NCBI GenBank assembly: GCA_003971905.1
Contig: RSEE01000053.1
Location: 248,001-312,000, forward strand
Reading direction: 5' to 3'
Length of the DNA: 64,000 nucleotides
From: Moniliella sp. 'wahieum'
Taxonomy: Eukaryota
In this document: positions 50,440 through 62,478 of the stretch, piece after piece
Numbering within the stretch: the stretch's first letter is position 1
Layout of the letters: each line of letters opens with the position of its first letter
The notes under the pieces: model-generated
Databases searched by the model: none
Told to the model about the DNA's origin: nothing
The model's input: only the letters and a program-made list of their open reading frames with translations
Made by a program: the position numbers and the translations under genes

Positions 50440-50983
50440 TGTCATGGGGGGGAGTCACCCATCTCTGTAGTTTAGGGGTACAAACCCTTGAACGGCCAAT
50501 TGAAGCCTCGTACGGTAGATCCGGTCTCAGATCCTGGTTGAACCGAGCTGGTGTAGAGGCGAAGGAGAGACCCTCGAGTTTGGGTGACTGCCTGCGTGTG
50601 CAAAGGCCGCAGCTCAGACCCTCCGAGGTAGGAGCCGCATACGAAAGTCGTCAGACCCGTTAAAGGGTCTAGGAGCTCCGTGGTAAAGCGGTTTCCCGGT
50701 AGCATTACCACACTCGACGTGCTGTAGTAGGCGGAATCAGACGGAGTCCTAATGAAGAGCAGGCGCTACTGAGAGTAGCTGCGGCTTGAAGCGTAACCAA
50801 CGTGAGTCGTAGATTCGTAGGAGTGGTAGAAGGTGGAAAAGCGAGACAGGAATATGGAAAGGTCAAAACAGGGAAGACAGGTGTAACAGGATGGTCGATA
50901 CTCGATAAGGACCACAGCAGTAACGAGCCTTAGACATGGCTGCTTATATACAGAAGTAACCAGGCCACAAGTGCCTCGTGACA
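50440..50983 (-). mobile_element. Probable solo LTR, family B
   Basis: Termini TGTCATGGGG...CCTCGTGACA form an imperfect inverted repeat; minus-strand TATATAAG near 50945; shares AAGGG.TTGTA.CCC..AACTAC near its 3' end with 61782-62478. No TSD seen. Confidence 0.55.
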
Positions 50984-52108
50984 GGTTTAAACAGAATGTG
51001 GGGAACTTTCCAGAGAGGTAAACACTATTAGTACGCAGACCGTGCTCTCCAAGGCGCTGACGCTGCGCATTGGGGTGCAGCAGGTAAAGAGCTCTTCCAA
51101 CTTAAGATTAGGCGCGATGGGCTCAAAGCTTCGCACCGATCGTTGAGCCCTTGCGACCATGGCGGGCCACAAAGAATATCCACAGCATGGATAAGGTGTC
51201 CCCTGGCTTTGTCTCGCTAGTCGAACGGGACTGACGCGTGTTTGGATGAGATGTCTAAGGCATGTGGGGCTCAGTGTCCAGAGATGGACCGTAAGAGTGC
51301 CATTCAACTGTGCACAATCAGATTATATTATGTGGACCAGCAGCACACTAAAAAGAATCCAACGTCAACATCAAGAGTAATGTCAACGGTGAGGAATACT
51401 ACCAACCAGTGTGCATGCGGCACCTGTAGAATCTGCGTTACAACTGCAGTGCACTCACGTTGAGGGCTTGATATTACCAAAAAAAGACCGCAACGGAAGC
51501 TTTTCCAACAAGCCGTGCCCCGTTGTGTCGAGAGCATTCTTCGGCGCAAGGGACTATATCTAATCGCAGGTCGCGGGGCTCGTCGAGAACCTATAACAGA
51601 CTCTCTGACGCGTATTAGTGCCTGCTCTCCACTCGACATCCGACATCCTACAAGCAGAAAAGCATGGGCCCTCTTGGGCACAGTTCTTGGGACTGCTGTG
51701 AGAGCTGTGTGTCTTTTGCTGCTCTCCGCCACTTGAAGGGACACATCGTCCTACTGTTCACAAGCTTCTATACTGTATGCATTCGGACCAAACGAGCGAG
51801 AAAAGTCCTGCCTTTCTGTGTAGAAAGAGGTATCCGGGGCATTTGCACGACAGGAACGAGACGCAATTAACATGAAAAGCAGTGATCAAGCATCAACTCC
51901 AACTCTTTTTCCCGCGTGGAGAAGAAGTCAGGGTGCTACTATGATGAAAACTCTTCAGCGAGAGCAACGGAGACGGGCTCCTGCCGGGCCGGGCGCGAGT
52001 GCGACGGGATTGAAGGTTTGAGTAGCCAGTCGCATCCGAGCCATTGCACGACCAACTTGTGGACACCCCTCACTCAGTTCTTTAGACCTGGGCCGGCTTC
52101 CTCTACTC

Positions 52109-52690
52109 TCACGTACCCTCTTCTGGGTTCTTCCTAAAGTCAGTGGTTGCAATAAAGGAGTGTTTAGCGTTACAGCCAGCATACAGGGCCCTGGAAACCG
52201 CACCGAGCGGCAAATCGTAAATGCCCTGGGCAGCCACAGCAAGCGCTTGTTCCCGTTGTTGGAACGCACGCGATGCAGGTACGGGCATGGCGGCATGGAA
52301 CAGATGAGCAGGGACTGGGTGTGCATGATTGTCTTTGTTTGGCCCCGGTAGCAGAGAAAAGAAAACAAAGAAAACAAACAAAACAAAAGGGCAAGAGGGC
52401 AAGGTCAGCTGCGCAGCACAACAATCGAGCTGACAAGACGAACCTGTGATGGTACACAATGCCTCGGGCCGAGGGTGCACGCCAAATTGTGCGAAACAAT
52501 ACAAGATAGACGCACGCGACAGCGACGATGGACCAGGCGGGCAAGAGAAAGGCCCACTGTCGAGATGGGTACCAATCCACTCCGATCGCATGCCAGGCCG
52601 CATCGGGCGTCAGGGCCCATACGGTCCAAACCACCGCGACCAAGCTGGCAGTCGTGCGAAGGGCAAATCCATACGACCCCCGTAGGCCCA
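52109..52690 (-). CDS. GPI19: PIG-P / Gpi19 subunit of GPI-GlcNAc transferase (possibly the C-terminal part of a fusion with CIA30)
   Basis: YGFALRTTASLVAVVWTVWALTPDAAWHAIGVDWYPSRQWAFLLPAWSIV and, after an intron, IYDLPLGAVSRALY; both are PIG-P hallmarks. Confidence 0.85.
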
Positions 52691-52725
52691 ACGCATGACC
52701 TTGGTTCAACCTCCTACCCCCGAAT

Positions 52726-53438
52726 TCACTTCCGCCGGCTTGTCTTCCAAGCCCAACGAGGGTTGGGCTCCGCGCTCGGTTCCCTTGCCTCCGATACGGT
52801 GATGGGCGTCGAGCGAGGTACGTCACCCGGCTCCACTGCCCCCAGCGACTCCAACACCAGCAAGAAGCGGCCCGCCTGCGATCCAAACCGCGAACGGGCC
52901 ATCAAGGACCATTGGGTGATCGTGCCCGGATCCAACTCGGGCGCGTGGACGGGGCGGCCTCGATAGGTGGGACGAAAGGCGGACCAAAGGACAAGCATAG
53001 TCTGTCCCCGGTGGAGTCACTTCAAAGTTCCATTCGTACACCAGCGCTCTTTCTTCGTCCGTCGGGTCTGTGTTGCGGGGGCTGGGTATGAAGTTGGAGG
53101 GTGAACGTGTGGACCGGTCCAGGCAAAGAGTCCGACTCGGTGGGAGCTGCATCTGCTGCCGCCGCGGCCGGAAGCGGAGGCAGGGCTAGCGTGAGACCGA
53201 GGTGGCGGTCAGAAGAGAAAGGAATGGGAAAGGATGCAGGCTGCGTTGCGATGCAAGCCCGCCCCCCTAACGCCGTGATATCCAGTGTTCCCTCCACCTG
53301 CACCTCGCCCGAGTCCCGAATCACAACCTTGCTCGTGCTGATGCCGCACGGATACGATCATCCACCGTCTCCCACTCAACAGACGCCCAGGGGGTCGACT
53401 GGTACGCCCCGTGGGCGTGTGTAAAGCAGCCGTACCAT
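52726..53438 (-). CDS. CIA30 / NDUFAF1-family domain protein
   Basis: WETVDDRIR, GTLDITALGG, LVYEWNF, FRPTYRGRP..PELDPGTITQWSLMARSRFGSQAGRFLLVLESL, read across indels; typical fungal CIA30-domain motifs. Confidence 0.8.
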
Positions 53439-54264
53439 TCTCCTCGGCAAGTTGCCTGCACGCCAAGCTGAGAGCTGCTGGAGAGATGGGATGCAAACCG
53501 CAACTTGCGTGTGCGTGCGTCCCGGCTTTTCGCCTTGCGATCGACGCAGAAATCAGGGTGTGAAATGTTCAAGCAGTTGGTGCGCTTGCCGCGCCCCGAC
53601 TACCACAGTTCCCGCCGAGCCGGCGGAACCCAGCAAACCCAGCATCACCACATGCCTCCTCCTCTCGCTGCCCGCAGGAGTCGGCATGCTGCCAAGAGGT
53701 GGCGAAGGGGTGATGACCAGGCCGCATATGGCAGTTCTCTGTAGGAAAAGGAGGATTGGGAGTTGGTCCTTGCCCTTCCACTGTAGCCCGGTGCTGCCAA
53801 AGAGTGTCTGTCTACCAAAGAGAGGGAATAGATGGATGGCAATGCAGGCGCCAGCAGGGCATGGAAGGGTAAAATACACGAACCGTAGGTGCACAAGCAT
53901 CATGCACATCGGGGGAGGTGGTACATGGCAGACAGATTCAAGAAAAAAACAAGGACTTTGCCCCTAAAGATCCTAGAACCCCAAACGAATGACCAGGGGT
54001 GGCCGGTGAACTCAGCGCGGTAGAGGGCCTGCGATAGGGAGAATCACAAAGTGGTAGTAGTCATGGTGACATATGTTTGAGCTCCCCAGCGTCCCGACCA
54101 CCGAAAACAAGCAGGCCCTCACTAAAAGGAAAGCAAACCATCATTCGCAACAGGCGCCGACGGGGTGGATATCGAGGGCAAACGCGTGGCCAGTTGGGTA
54201 ACTGGTGGTGGGACAGTCAAAAAAAGGCCAAGTGGAGAGAGGGGCAAGGAACGATGGACCAATT

Positions 54265-56633
54265 CTAGTCGTTCAGCAGGCCGCTGATGGACATGCGGCT
54301 TTCATTGGCCAGAGGTGTTTGGTCAAAGTCGGGGGGGCAAGCCGACGGGGAGATTGGGTGTCTGGGGGTTGGAAGGGGGGTTTGCGCCGACTGGCGGCGC
54401 GCAGGCGAGCGAGGCGGGAGGTGGGGGGAGGTATGTGCATCCACTTGCATCTCCTCGATGGTTTTTCCTTCTCGTCGTCCTCTTCCCTAGTACTGGTACC
54501 CATGGTGCTAGACCGCGCACGGGTAAGTGGGTAGGGCGCCCGGCCTGGCGCCTCATACAGGCTAGGGTAGGGTCGAGGGTACGGTTCGGCTCCCCATGGC
54601 TCCCGCTGCTCTGTCATGGGTGGCGCAGAATAGCCATCGTACCCCACCTGGCCCGGAGCTGGATCGCTTTCGCCCGGTGGGGGGGATCGGGAGAGGAAGG
54701 GTAATACACCATCGGCGTTGGAGGAAGGGTGGCATTGACCTCGGCAGCGGTGGTGGTATACCCACGCGCACGTGGCCGGTCTTGCTCATGTACGCCGTTC
54801 GCCCAAGGTGCCGGCCCGTAAGGCGCCCCATACGCATACGCATATGCATAGTCATGTCCCGCCAGCGCTGAGGGATTGTAGGTCGCCGCTCGTCGCCGGC
54901 TCCGAACTCCTGCTTCGCTCCCAACCGAAGGGGGAACGCGACCGATCCAACAGGTACTCCAGGCTCGGTCACCATGCCCACCATGGAACCCGGCGCGCCC
55001 AAAGCCACACCGGGCACAGTGGGGCGCTCGAGAGAGGAGGCAGCTTCCCCGGCAGGGCCCAGCGCCGAGCCCGGCCCTGAACCGGGAGGCATGCCGGGTG
55101 GTCGGGGATCCCGAGGACCATAGTAAACCGAGGGGGGGTATTCGTGGAGGGTGACAGAGTGCTGAAACCGGGCATCAAGATCATGCTCACTTCGTGAACC
55201 GGGAGGGGGGGCGCGCGCGGAGGGGGGAGGTGGGGGGCCGGGGGAAGGCGCACCCCTGACAGGAACAGAAGGAGCGCTCGGTGGGTTGCCTGACGAAGAA
55301 GCAATGGGGGTACCAGACGCTGGTCCTGCCGGGTTGGCAGCAGGATGGAAAGTAGGGAATCCTGGTTGTGCTCCCGGTAGAGCGACCGATGCACCTGCCA
55401 CACTTGAATCCAACATCCAATACCCACCCTTGCCACGCGGGAAGGTAACAGACCCCCAGCCACCGCTTCGGTCCGAATTTGGAGGCTGGTTGTCTACCGC
55501 CGAACGGGGCACCTTGACAAACATTGTTCAGGCTCAGGTTGTGCCGGACAGTGTTTTGCCACCCCTGAGAATCGGGACCGTCAAAGGAGTAGAGGTCGGG
55601 ATAAGCCCAGTTGATCCACGCGTAGATCTCGCGCAGTGTCATCTTGCCCTCAGGCGAGGTGCTGATGGCCTGGGCAATCAAGCTGCTGTAGCTGAACGGG
55701 ATCTTGCGTCGTCGTCTCCGGTCGTTGGGTTTTTCGGTCCAGGAGCTGCATCCGTCCCAACCTTGCCCCCAGCTCCGCCGGTTGCTGACGAAGGTTTGGT
55801 AGAGGAACCACTTTCTGGTTTATGGAGTAGCAGTGGCCAGCATAAGGTCAGGCGCACCTCGGGTGGGAATGGTGGTCCTGTTCGGGCCAAGCTCGGAGCG
55901 ACCAGTAGGGTTGGGGGGGCACTGAAGGCTAGACTGGTATCGCCTGCCGGCGCGCCCGGGGCAGGCCAGGCCAAGACAGAAGGCACGGGGTGGAGTTGGA
56001 GGAGCCATGGCCCGATGTCGCTGGAGGCGGAGGCGAAGGCGGAGGCGGGGACGAGGACGAGGCGGGGCCAGTAGCAGTGTGGTGGGGGTGGTGACACCTG
56101 TTTGGCCTGAGGCCAAGAGAGAGTGGGGGGGGTGTAGGAAGGGTGGGCGTAGTGGTGTGGGCTGGTAGGGGGGCTGTCGGTCCCCCGGGGGGTGCTCGAG
56201 CACTGGACGTAGGTATGGCGGCCGGTGAAAGTCTGCACCGACAGTGGACCGACGTTGGTTGCGAGAACGGTGAGGGCCCGAGTCTGAGCTGGGTGGGTGG
56301 TCGAATGCCTGGTCAGGTGCAAGCGATCAAACGTGGGGAGAGCAGAGGGGGGCGGGGGGTTAGAGGGGCGACCTGCGAGGGGCATATGGCGAAGAGAGGG
56401 CGGATGATGGGGGTGAGGGTGAAGGTAAGGGTGGGGGTAAGGGTGAGGGTGAGGAAGGAGGGGGTGAGGGTGAGGGTGAAGGTGAGGGCGAGGGTGGGCG
56501 GGAGGAGAGTGGGGGTGAGGGTGGGGTGGGCGTGGGAGCTGGTGATGACGCGTTGTGGGTGCCAGCGGGCGCGGACGCGGCGGGCGGGAGATGGGAGCGG
56601 CCACGGACCGTCATGGTCGCGTGGGGCAGGCAT
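54265..56633 (-). CDS. Forkhead (winged-helix) transcription factor
   Basis: KIPFSYSSLIAQAISTSPEGKMTLREIYAWINWAYP..GWQNTVRHNLSLN..FVKVPR..GKGGYW; N-terminal His-Pro tract; C-terminal MSISGLLND*. Confidence 0.9.
56405..56530 (-). repeat. (CACCCT/CACCCC)n His-Pro coding repeat in the forkhead gene
   Basis: Plus strand gggtgagggtgaaggtaagggtggggg...; translates as HPHPH..HLHPHPHPLLPHPHPYPHPYLHPHPHH. Confidence 0.75.
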
Positions 56634-56799
56634 GGTGGTGGGGACGCAGGAGGGTGGCCGTGGCGGCGGCAGAGGCAGAGGCAGAGGCCGAGGCAGACGG
56701 AAGCGGGGGCTGAGCCTTACTGAAGCTGAAATCAACAGCGGAAGCTGAGAACGCCCGACGAATGCAGGCCGCCGGCAGCCGCTCCCGAGCAGTGTTGGT

Positions 56800-58760
56800 A
56801 CAGCACTTTGAAATTTAACCGCGTTGCTTTCGCCAAGCTCCGGGAGAGCGCTGCGGCAAATCCGGAGGGGGGACTGGGTCCACTGAACGTTCAGTGTTCA
56901 GTAGTACGTACCCTGAGGCTTCAGGGCCTGAAGCTTCAGTCTTCGGTGCCTTCAGGCTTGCTTCAGGCTCATATTCGTAACTCACTTCCTCTGGCCAGCC
57001 TCGGAAGCTGCAAGCCCCAGTCGGCTAGTCCTAGTCAACGCTGTGGCTCAGCGCTCAGCCTGAGCAATCCTGGATATCAGATCTCAGATCTCAGATCGCA
57101 ATGCTCAGACGAGCACTCAGGCGTCTGAGGACCAGTACACAACACGAGTGTGCGCAAACCATGGGCTGCCTTGTCGCAGCTCTGCTGTTCTGCATTCTGC
57201 CTCTCCCATTGGAATCGGTGATGGCAGAGTGATTCGCGACTGTGATGGTGCATCACGCGCCAACGAGTCAAGCTTCAAGCCAACTAGTGCGTTCGGGCGC
57301 CGAGTGACTAGTGCCCAGTGACTAAAAGCTGCCATTAAGCTCATGCGCTCGTGCACTGATGCATTGATGTCACATGTCACATGTCACACGGAAACGGAAA
57401 CCCCGTGGAAGCACCTTGCTTGGATCCAACAAGGGTCTTTCTGTCCGGCAAGCGGCAAGCCAACACAGGCCAACACCCTGGCGCACCAGCCCATCTCCGA
57501 ATAAGCAGACCATCTGCATCATGCATGCATCCTGTGCGATCGATGATCGGTGATCGAGATTATCCGTCGCTAGTCGCTAGTCTAGTCGTTGCCCCGATAC
57601 CAAGTCGCATGCAGGCCAGCAACGCGCAACGTCACAGACAGCAGACAGCAGACCAGCACTCTAGTACTCTAGTCGCATGTCACATGTCACACTAGCTAGT
57701 CACTGAGTTAAGTAACTGAATTCTGAGTTCAGTACGTTCAGTCTCAGTACGTTTTCAGTACTCCCGCATCACGTGTCAGTAACTCAGTACTCCGACCTAC
57801 GCGTAACGCGTAGCGCGCATACCGCGTAACGTTCGTTGAAACTCAGTCCAGCTAGTACTATAGTCCCGGGCATACCAGTCTGAGATGAAACTGAGATCTG
57901 AGATTCTGAGATCTGCGAGGCAGTTTTTATAATCGGAACTTTCGAATAGCAGCACACGTCGTATCGGCTGCTAGGCCTGCTAGGTCCTGTGCCGGAACGC
58001 GTAACGCATAGCACTCGCCCCGAGTGTACTTCGTCTACGGCCCAAGGCCTCCGAAAAGGTCTCCGTCACCGCGTCGTACTTACTGGTTGCTACTTACTGG
58101 CTTAGCGCTTACTGGCTTTTGCTAGTTACTAGTTACTAGTTGCTAGTTACTGTCGCACGTGTGTTATTTGTCACATGTCACATGTCACTTGTCACGTGTC
58201 ACAGACAGTCGCTAGTTTACTAGTTCACATTTTAAGCGCAGCTATAGCTACCGTGGCTACACCGTGGCTAGACACTCTCACTACTCGGTACTCAGATCCA
58301 CGGCACGCTTATATTAGGCGAGTATACTTCTAGTCCATTCACGCGCACGCACGCTCATGTCACCATGTGATGTCACATGTCCCATGCCGCATGTCACCAT
58401 GTCACAAGGATGTCTGTTTTTCTTGCCCCACACACCACGTGTGGTTTGACTTCGGCTAATACTAATGCGCAACGTCCAATGAACACGTTCACACGCGTTC
58501 AACGTTGACTACCTGTGGCGCTCACATATGCCAGACCAAAGGACATATATGATTCACTATCCTATACCGTTCCATTCGTCTTTACGAGCTTTACGCGCGG
58601 GACGAAGGCGACTAACTGGCTTGCCACAGGTCCGGACCCTCTGGCTCTCGAAGCCATTCGCTTCCAAACTGGATGTAGCGCGCGTAGACATACGGATGCG
58701 CGTGGTATAGTCAGTGAACAACGTTGAACGTACGTTGAACGTTGAACGTTGAACGCCACC
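56800..58760. repeat. Cluster of short heptamer arrays (T-N-A plus 4-bp palindrome) in the intergenic region upstream of the forkhead gene
   Basis: (TCAGATC)3 at 57077, (TCACATG)n at 57370, 57680 and 58171, (CTAGTTA)n at 58122, (TGAACGT)n at 58721-58755, CGCGTAACGCGTA at about 57800, TCAAGCTTCA at 57268. Confidence 0.8.
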
Positions 58761-59049
58761 ATCTCGGATCCTTATAATAATGCAAAGAGACTCGCCACAG
58801 TCAACGTTCTTCCAGCGCAGCGCTCAAACATATGTCATTGGTGGCCTAGTATCCCGCGTCTGCGTCAAGACCCAAGGGAAGATATGACTCTTTTGAGTGC
58901 GTCCGTGATCCTTTGTGCTCTTTGCCGCATTCCTCTTTTTGTTCCGTATGCAGCAGTCGAAGCAACAACTCCTTCTCCTGGGGTGTTCCACCCGCTTCGC
59001 AGTTTCCTCGTGTCTCCCACACCCTTCTTCTCCCGCTAATACGCACACC

Positions 59050-61172
59050 CATCGTCTTTTGTGTCCTCCAATCCTGGAAGGTGTGGTCCACCTCAATTCC
59101 TGATACTCCGAACCCCCTGGTCCATCACTCCGTATACATACCATAATCTGTTTGCCTCATCGCCTTCCTCCCATTCCACGAGACTCGTCCTCTTCCGCGA
59201 CATCAGTCCGCTCGTCATTGAACATGGGGTGGGCCCTAAGAATGAAACGCACGAGCTTGAGGATCGGCTCCCGCAACCTCGCGCAGTGCGCCCCACACTT
59301 GGACTGCTGTGGGTGCGGGCGCAAGTCAATTGTTGTGCTCAAGCGGTGGCATCGGACCACACTCACATTTGTTGCACGAGGAACGGCGCAGAGGATGCAG
59401 AGCTGGAGACAAATCTGAACCCGTCTGTGGGTATTAGTTGAGGCACTTGGCTCCTGGCAAGGAGGAAAGTAAAGTGTAGTTGAGTATATTGCTGTGCTCA
59501 ACCAGTTTGCGCATGTGGTTGCGCCACCCGTCGGCCCTGGAGATTTTCTGGAGTAGCTCCTTCCCACACTCTTCCCCCTCACAATCTTCTGGCAGCGCTT
59601 GCCCGCCGCGTCGAAGTGCGTTCGCCGGGTACCCAAGGGGGCAACAAAAGTGTGGTAAAGACAGTCGTTGTTGGCCTCATTGGCCGCAGTACGTGCGTGG
59701 GGCGCAATGTACTAGTAGAGAGTGCCCATTTTCGCGGGAGGGGAGGCTGGGGCTGGAACTGAGGCAGCGGTGGGGGGGGAAGGTGGGGAGAGCTGGAGGA
59801 TGCTCCAACGCATCTATAAGTCGACCGGGCCACCATCAGCACAGATAGTAGGAACTTGAGCGTTAATCCCGTTCAAGCGTTGGGGTTCGGGTGATCTGGA
59901 GAGGGATGGTTCGTGGCTGCAATCCATTGGCACCGTGCCCATAAAGTTGTCGTCCGAAAACCTGGGAAACCTGGGACGCTAACAGAGCTGGATACCGGTC
60001 AAAATTTGTTGCTAAGAGACGCAGGAGAGAAAAGATACTCGCCCTGCTCCGGATTGTCTTCGCTCGAGAAGTTGGTCCTAATTTCATGAGGAAAGGGGTA
60101 CGTCCCTTTTACCATCGTTCGCCCCCAATCGTATTGAACCTCCTCATTCTCTTCCTCCTCTTGTCTTGCAGATCCTCTTGCTCATCATCATTTTTGTCCT
60201 CGTGCATCTCTTCCTCATCTTGCCTCCCCAGTTTCTGATATTCGTAGTTGTCTTTACCCCTGCAAGGATGCTCGACGGGAAGGCAGGCGAGCTATACGGG
60301 ATGCCATCAGGAGCCGTTGATTGGGTTCTTTTGTTGGCCCCTTGGCTTGTTTTTCCCCTTTGATGGGGTTGGAGCGGTGTCGCTGATTCTGTAGCTGTGT
60401 TCTCTCATGTTAGTGCTTCCTCTCTCATCCATTTTGTGACGCGCCGTGGGGGCCGAGAATAACGTACCCAAGCGGTAACCTGTGCTCGTCGGAGTCTCGT
60501 CAGGTCGCTGAGTACCTGTTGTTCGGCCGAAGTAGAATGCGGGGAGAGGGTAAACGCATGTTTCAGAATAGAGACCGCTTGTTGGGGATGAATCGGGGGG
60601 AAGCTGCCTGTCCTGCGTGCTGGACCCCTGCCCAGAGAGGTGCTGGGAGATATGAGGTTGGTTTGTCGGACCACATCCACAAGGGGAGACAGAACCTCGT
60701 CAGAAACATAGAGGGTAAACGTCTCCACAAAAGGAAGGAGAAGACTGCTCGGCTGCTGAGCGTCGTGCTCCCAGTTGGCTGGTGCACATGGCTTTGAGTA
60801 GGTCAGGCAGGAGTTGTTGAAGGCTTTGGATGGCGTACTGGTAGGCATGCTTGATGATCCCTTCGACTGGGCAGGACTCAACGGGTTGAGGGATGCGGTC
60901 GCCTTCAGTTCTGAGTGGAAGCGGTCGAGCAGGGAGTGAAGGGCATCGTTGCACATATCGTGGAAGGCAGCTTCAATCTGGGACTTGATGTGAGGGCTAA
61001 GCGAGAATTGGCTCGGGTTGCCGTTGGCATCCGTTCTGGTGCTGGTATCATTTCGGATGCTGACCGTTGGCGGGGCGAGTGGAGGAGGAAGTTTCGCACG
61101 GAGTGAAAGAGCAATGCTTTGGAGAGACGAAGAACTCCTGCTGGTAGGAGAGAATGACATCATGGCGGGCAT
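59050..61172 (-). CDS. HD2-class (bW / MATa1-like) homeodomain protein, possibly degenerate
   Basis: About 190-aa N-terminal region, then RRTGSF..PQQAVSILKHAFTLSPHSTSAEQQVLSDLTRLRRAQVTAW / intron 60467-60395 (GTACGT..CACTAAC..CAG) / LQNQRHR, followed by an acidic tract (DEEEMHEDKNDDEQED). The 3' part is broken by frameshifts and stops, so the end is approximate. Confidence 0.75.
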
Positions 61173-61781
61173 GAAGCCAAGTTGTGAGGGCTGAAGATTC
61201 TGCTAGGGTGCTGGCTGTGGGTGGGCAAAAGCTCCAGTGCGAGCTCATAAGCCTTTCAAGTAGATGGACTAGACGTCAAGCTAGCACTAGCCACCATACC
61301 CGAGCTGAGAGGCTGTTGAGGACGTTGAGGTTCCAACATAATAGTATTACAGGACCGGTGGCCCTTGCGCAATTGATTGGGTTTGATTTACACTGCCCCC
61401 ACGCCGCGTCTCCTTCAGCGTGACGACAGGCATTTTATACTTAGTTGGCCGTGTAGCGATGCGTGAAGCTTGAAGGCTCTGACCTGGGGACACCTAGTCT
61501 CTAAACCACAGACGTTCAGCGAGTAGTAATCAAGTAACGAGGTGAGCGAGAAGAATGGGAAGGGGGAAGGAGAGGTGGTGGCGCGAAGAGGACAGAACAA
61601 GCAGTGGGACGGGAGTGAACACGTGGCCTGCTGGCCTGCGCGCGGTAACCCTAACACCACATGGGCATATGAACATCTTTTGAAGACATGACGCCATGCA
61701 TGACGGCTCTTGACAGAGAAAAAGTGACGACAAAATGGAGTTTTATCGATTATCGCTGTTATATGGCGTTTCCTCACCTGA

Positions 61782-62478
61782 TGTCACGGGAAGGCCCCGC
61801 TAGGGGGCTAACCCAGGTAGTTGGGATACAATCCCTTCGAGGTCCTAAGGTCGACTCACGGTAGTTACGCGCTTGGGCTGATTGGTGGGTCCGAGCGGAG
61901 CTGTGGGGACAAGGAGAGGCCTCTCGGCGTATAGCAGAGGCGGCTGGAGGTGTGGCAAGGCTGCTACGTAGCATCGGCTTGGGCGGCAGTAGCGTGTCTG
62001 AAGCCTTCGGGCTCAGGGACGGGGAACGGGCAGCTGACGACCTACGCTGCTAGACTCCTGCTGGGCTGGGACTGGTGGCGGCGTGGTTGTAGGCAGGATC
62101 ACACGCGGCTAAACGGGGTAGGATGGACTTGGGCTGGGAGGACTGAGAGCTGACGAGGAGAGCTGGAGGAGCAACTAAGAGGAGAGGAGTTACCTGTACT
62201 GGGTTGGTCAATTTTGAGGAGAGTATAGAGGAAGACGCCAATGGGCCGGAGGGAAAAGCACGAACCAATATGCTAACAGACAGGGACTAAAAGGGAAACA
62301 AGGCAACAGAGGAAGGACGGAAAACAGAGGAAAACAGGGGAGACGGCTGCCGCACGGGCAACCTAGAAAGGTAAGGTAAACAGGCACGGGGCGACTAATG
62401 CCGCAAAAGGGTTGCCACAAGCGCAACGCGGAGAAGTAAGATAAACGGGCACAAGGCGACTAGCGTGTCGCAAGGACA
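61782..62478 (-). mobile_element. Probable solo LTR, family B
   Basis: Minus strand reads TGTCCTTG...CCCGTGACA, with a pyrimidine-rich internal tract and the AAGGGATTGTATCCCAACTAC motif shared with 50440-50983. No TSD seen. Confidence 0.5.

Noticed and set aside
56800..58760. CRISPR-like array
   Set aside because: There is no constant 23-50 bp repeat with unique spacers and no cas gene, and the context is eukaryotic. The repeats are 7-bp units.
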